Shown here one piece after another: positions 61,506 through 64,000 of a stretch of 64,000 nucleotides of DNA. The notes under the pieces are model-generated. The model was not told the origin of the DNA. It saw only the letters and a program-made list of their open reading frames with translations, and did no database searches. Positions within the stretch are counted from its first letter, which is position 1; each line of letters opens with the position of its first letter. The stretch is from contig CBDBIB010000003.1 in assembly GCA_965205945.1 (NCBI GenBank), positions 64,001-128,000 on the forward strand, in the 5' to 3' direction. The translations under genes and the position numbers were made by a program. The DNA is from Bdellovibrionales bacterium (GTDB lineage Bacteria; Bdellovibrionota; Bdellovibrionia; Bdellovibrionales; UBA1609).

Positions 61506-62258
61506 GTGTTTAAAAATAAGATATTATTTTTTTTATTAGTATTTAAATTATTTTGTTTAAATATTTTTGCTCAATATAATGAGCAAGATCAATATGGTCA
61601 AAAAGTAAGTGTTGATTCTAAGCAATTAATTCAAAATATTGATGATTTAACGACGCTAGAAAACTTAAAAGATATTGCTGTAATTCAAAGAAAATTTTTG
61701 AAAAAAACTAAAAGATTTGAACTTTTTGGAGCGGCCAATATAGCCTTAAACTCTCAATATTTTAATCTTTTAGGAGTTAATTTTTCAGGAACATATCATT
61801 TTAGCGAAAGATGGGGTATTGAAATTCAAGGAATGTTTTTATCAAGTTTAGAAAAATCTCTTACAGAAGGTTTAAGAAGAGATCAGGCTATTCTTACACA
61901 GAATATAATAACACCAGAGTCTTATTACGGTTTAAATTTAAGGTGGTCACCAATTTATGGGAAAATGTCCTTGCGTGAAAAAACAATCAATCCTTTTGAG
62001 GTTTACTTTGCATTAGGATTGGGCATGACCGGTACAGACGACTCTCAATCAGTACTTACGGTTCATGGTGAGATTGGACAGGTGTATCCACTTTTAAAGG
62101 ACATAACCTTTAGGTGGGGTCTTGGGTTAAATAATTTTTTTGCAAATGCTAAGAGTGATTTAAAGGGATCTGTTCAAGGAGAAAAGGTGAATGCAAATTT
62201 ATTTTACTTATCTGCAGGCATGAGTATGTATTTTCCATTTAGTAAGGAGAGGCAATGA
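61506..62258 (+). CDS. Outer-membrane beta-barrel, Glt-like (gliding motility-associated)
   Basis: AVIQRKFL.K..RFEL and WSPIYGKMSL motifs typical of myxobacterial/Bdellovibrio Glt barrels. Confidence 0.7.
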   Translation: MFKNKILFFLLVFKLFCLNIFAQYNEQDQYGQKVSVDSKQLIQNIDDLTTLENLKDIAVIQRKFLKKTKRFELFGAANIALNSQYFNLLGVNFSGTYHFSERWGIEIQGMFLSSLEKSLTEGLRRDQAILTQNIITPESYYGLNLRWSPIYGKMSLREKTINPFEVYFALGLGMTGTDDSQSVLTVHGEIGQVYPLLKDITFRWGLGLNNFFANAKSDLKGSVQGEKVNANLFYLSAGMSMYFPFSKERQ

Positions 62259-63778
62259 TAGTGAAAGTATATTTTTTATCACTAATTTTGATTTTTTTTA
62301 GTTCTTCTGTAAGCTTTGGTTCACAAAAGCTTAATAGGGCAAGAGGTTTAAATGATATAAAGAATTATATTAATGCTTCAAAAATTTTATATTCTTTATC
62401 AAGAAATTCTAGGTATAGAAAAGAGCAAGCTGCGATTGCATATGAAATGGCAAGAAGTTTTGAGGGATTAGGGCTTAAGCAGTCTGCAGTATTTCAGCTT
62501 ATTAGGGCTGTTAGATATGGACAGGGACAGAATTTAGTTCTTTCAAAATCTTTAGAAAAATTATCCAAATTAGCGTTTCAAGTTGGAGATAGCATCGGTC
62601 TTAATTATGCTCTTTCAAAGGTTAATTTAAAAAATTTTCCAAAAGAACAAAAACCAATTTTGTATTTTAGATTTGGAGAGGCATATCTTGGTGTAAATAG
62701 ATTTAAAAAAGCAATCAAAGCTTTTTTGAAAGTTCCTAAAGGTCATTATTTATATTCTAAGTCAAGATATTTAATAGGTCTTGCTTATTCAGAAGATGGG
62801 CAATTAAAAGAGTCTTATAGTGCATTCACACAAGCTGCTAACTCAAGAGCCGAAGCGGGTATTGCTGATGATGAGAGGGTTGCAGCCCTGATGGGGAGAG
62901 CAAGAGTTTTTTACCATTTGCAAAGATGGGATGATTCACTACAAGCTTATAGACTGATTCCAAGGGACAGTAAGTATTTTCATGATATGATGTTTGAATC
63001 TACATGGGCTATGCTTAGAGCTGGTAAATTTAGAAGTGCTTTAAGTAATTTTCAATCGCTACATTCAGAGTATTATGAAAGTTATTTTTATCCAGAGGCT
63101 ACGTTATTAAGAGCTATAGTTTATCTTTATATTTGTAAAATAGATGAGGTTAATAAAGTTATTAATTATTATGAGACTACATATAGCAAAATGTATGTAG
63201 AGTTGTCGAATTATTTAAAAAAAAATATAACGCCTAAAGCAGATATTCGTGAATTCATGGTTTTACTTAAAGATTTAAGTTCTGGGGGTGAAATTAACAA
63301 AGCATCGTATAAGATACCTTATGTAGTTTTAAGGCATTTAAATAGAAATTCAAAAGTTAAATCAAAAAGTGAATATTATTATAATATTCAAGATGAAATA
63401 GCTCGAGTGGATTTAATTCAGGGTTGGAGTAGATTTAAAATTAAAGCAGCTGTTAAAAATTCATTACTTATAAGAAAAAGATCTAGTTTAAAAAGATTAG
63501 GTAGAGTATTAAGAAAAGAAATAATTAAGATTAAAGATGAGCTTGTTGGATTTGAAGATCAAAAAGAGTTGATTAAATTTGAACTTATTTCATCAGAAAA
63601 AGAGCAAGCAAGAAAAAGGCTTGAAAGGCGGGATGGTTTTTTTAAGGATAAAAAAGATCTAAAAGTTAGTAGATTTTCATTTACAAAAGATGGTTATGAA
63701 TATTGGCCTTTTCAAGGTGAGTATTGGCTGGATGAAATTGGAAATTATCATTATTTAGGGGCAAGTCGTTGTGAATAG
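62255..63778 (+). CDS. TPR protein, GltC-like
   Basis: Signal peptide, TPR helices and C-terminal WPFQGEYWLDEIGNY motif. Confidence 0.7.
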   Translation: MIVKVYFLSLILIFFSSSVSFGSQKLNRARGLNDIKNYINASKILYSLSRNSRYRKEQAAIAYEMARSFEGLGLKQSAVFQLIRAVRYGQGQNLVLSKSLEKLSKLAFQVGDSIGLNYALSKVNLKNFPKEQKPILYFRFGEAYLGVNRFKKAIKAFLKVPKGHYLYSKSRYLIGLAYSEDGQLKESYSAFTQAANSRAEAGIADDERVAALMGRARVFYHLQRWDDSLQAYRLIPRDSKYFHDMMFESTWAMLRAGKFRSALSNFQSLHSEYYESYFYPEATLLRAIVYLYICKIDEVNKVINYYETTYSKMYVELSNYLKKNITPKADIREFMVLLKDLSSGGEINKASYKIPYVVLRHLNRNSKVKSKSEYYYNIQDEIARVDLIQGWSRFKIKAAVKNSLLIRKRSSLKRLGRVLRKEIIKIKDELVGFEDQKELIKFELISSEKEQARKRLERRDGFFKDKKDLKVSRFSFTKDGYEYWPFQGEYWLDEIGNYHYLGASRCE

Positions 63779-64000
63779 AAAATTAATTTTATTTTTTTTA
63801 ATAGGTATTTTTCCCATTACTATAGGCTTGGCTCAAACAGTTAAAGATGTAATTAAAAACATTGAAAAAAAACAAGGCAAGATTCCTATATATAAACAAA
63901 AAAAGATTCAAAAAAAAGGCCGTATCAAACTTGCTATTGAGCCGTCTAATCAATTCCCAGCTGTTTTTGCTAAAGGAACTGCAGAAAGAAATTTTGAAGT
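63771..64000 (+). CDS. Partial secreted protein, next gene of the Glt-like operon (runs off right edge)
   Basis: GTG 63771 opens VNRKLILFFLIGIFPITIGLAQTV..., which stays open to the window end. Confidence 0.6.
   Translation, partial: MNRKLILFFLIGIFPITIGLAQTVKDVIKNIEKKQGKIPIYKQKKIQKKGRIKLAIEPSNQFPAVFAKGTAERNFE

Overview
AT-rich chromosomal segment that looks like a Bdellovibrionota (Bdellovibrio-like) genome. The evidence is a Bdellovibrio-type tad/flp pilus + RHS + small secreted protein (hit-like) locus next to cheY and groESL, a giant fibre-adhesin-like protein, and Glt-like gliding genes. From left to right it contains: partial mfd; a nuoJKLMN module that appears to be decaying; a patatin; an HTH protein; an OmpA-family protein; the tad locus; groESL; peptidoglycan hydrolases; three tRNAs; gmhA, prfC, ferredoxin, rpsD, rpsF and rplI; an accessory patch; then housekeeping genes (slyD, aat, recQ-like, fusA, dcd, pyrE, polA, engB, kdsB-pyrG-kdsD-kdsC) and OM barrel/TPR gliding-type genes. 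The accessory patch holds an IS66 remnant, a dead IS982, a DUF285 relic, a ~570-bp non-coding imperfect palindrome and a 2.4-kaa repeat adhesin. The most unusual feature is that palindrome (35330-35898). It folds end to end into a rod and is capped at both ends by near-identical, inverted XerC/XerD dif-like sites, which suggests a Xer-mobilised or Xer-invertible hairpin element directly upstream of the giant adhesin. All calls come from reading the sequence; no searches or folding programs were run.
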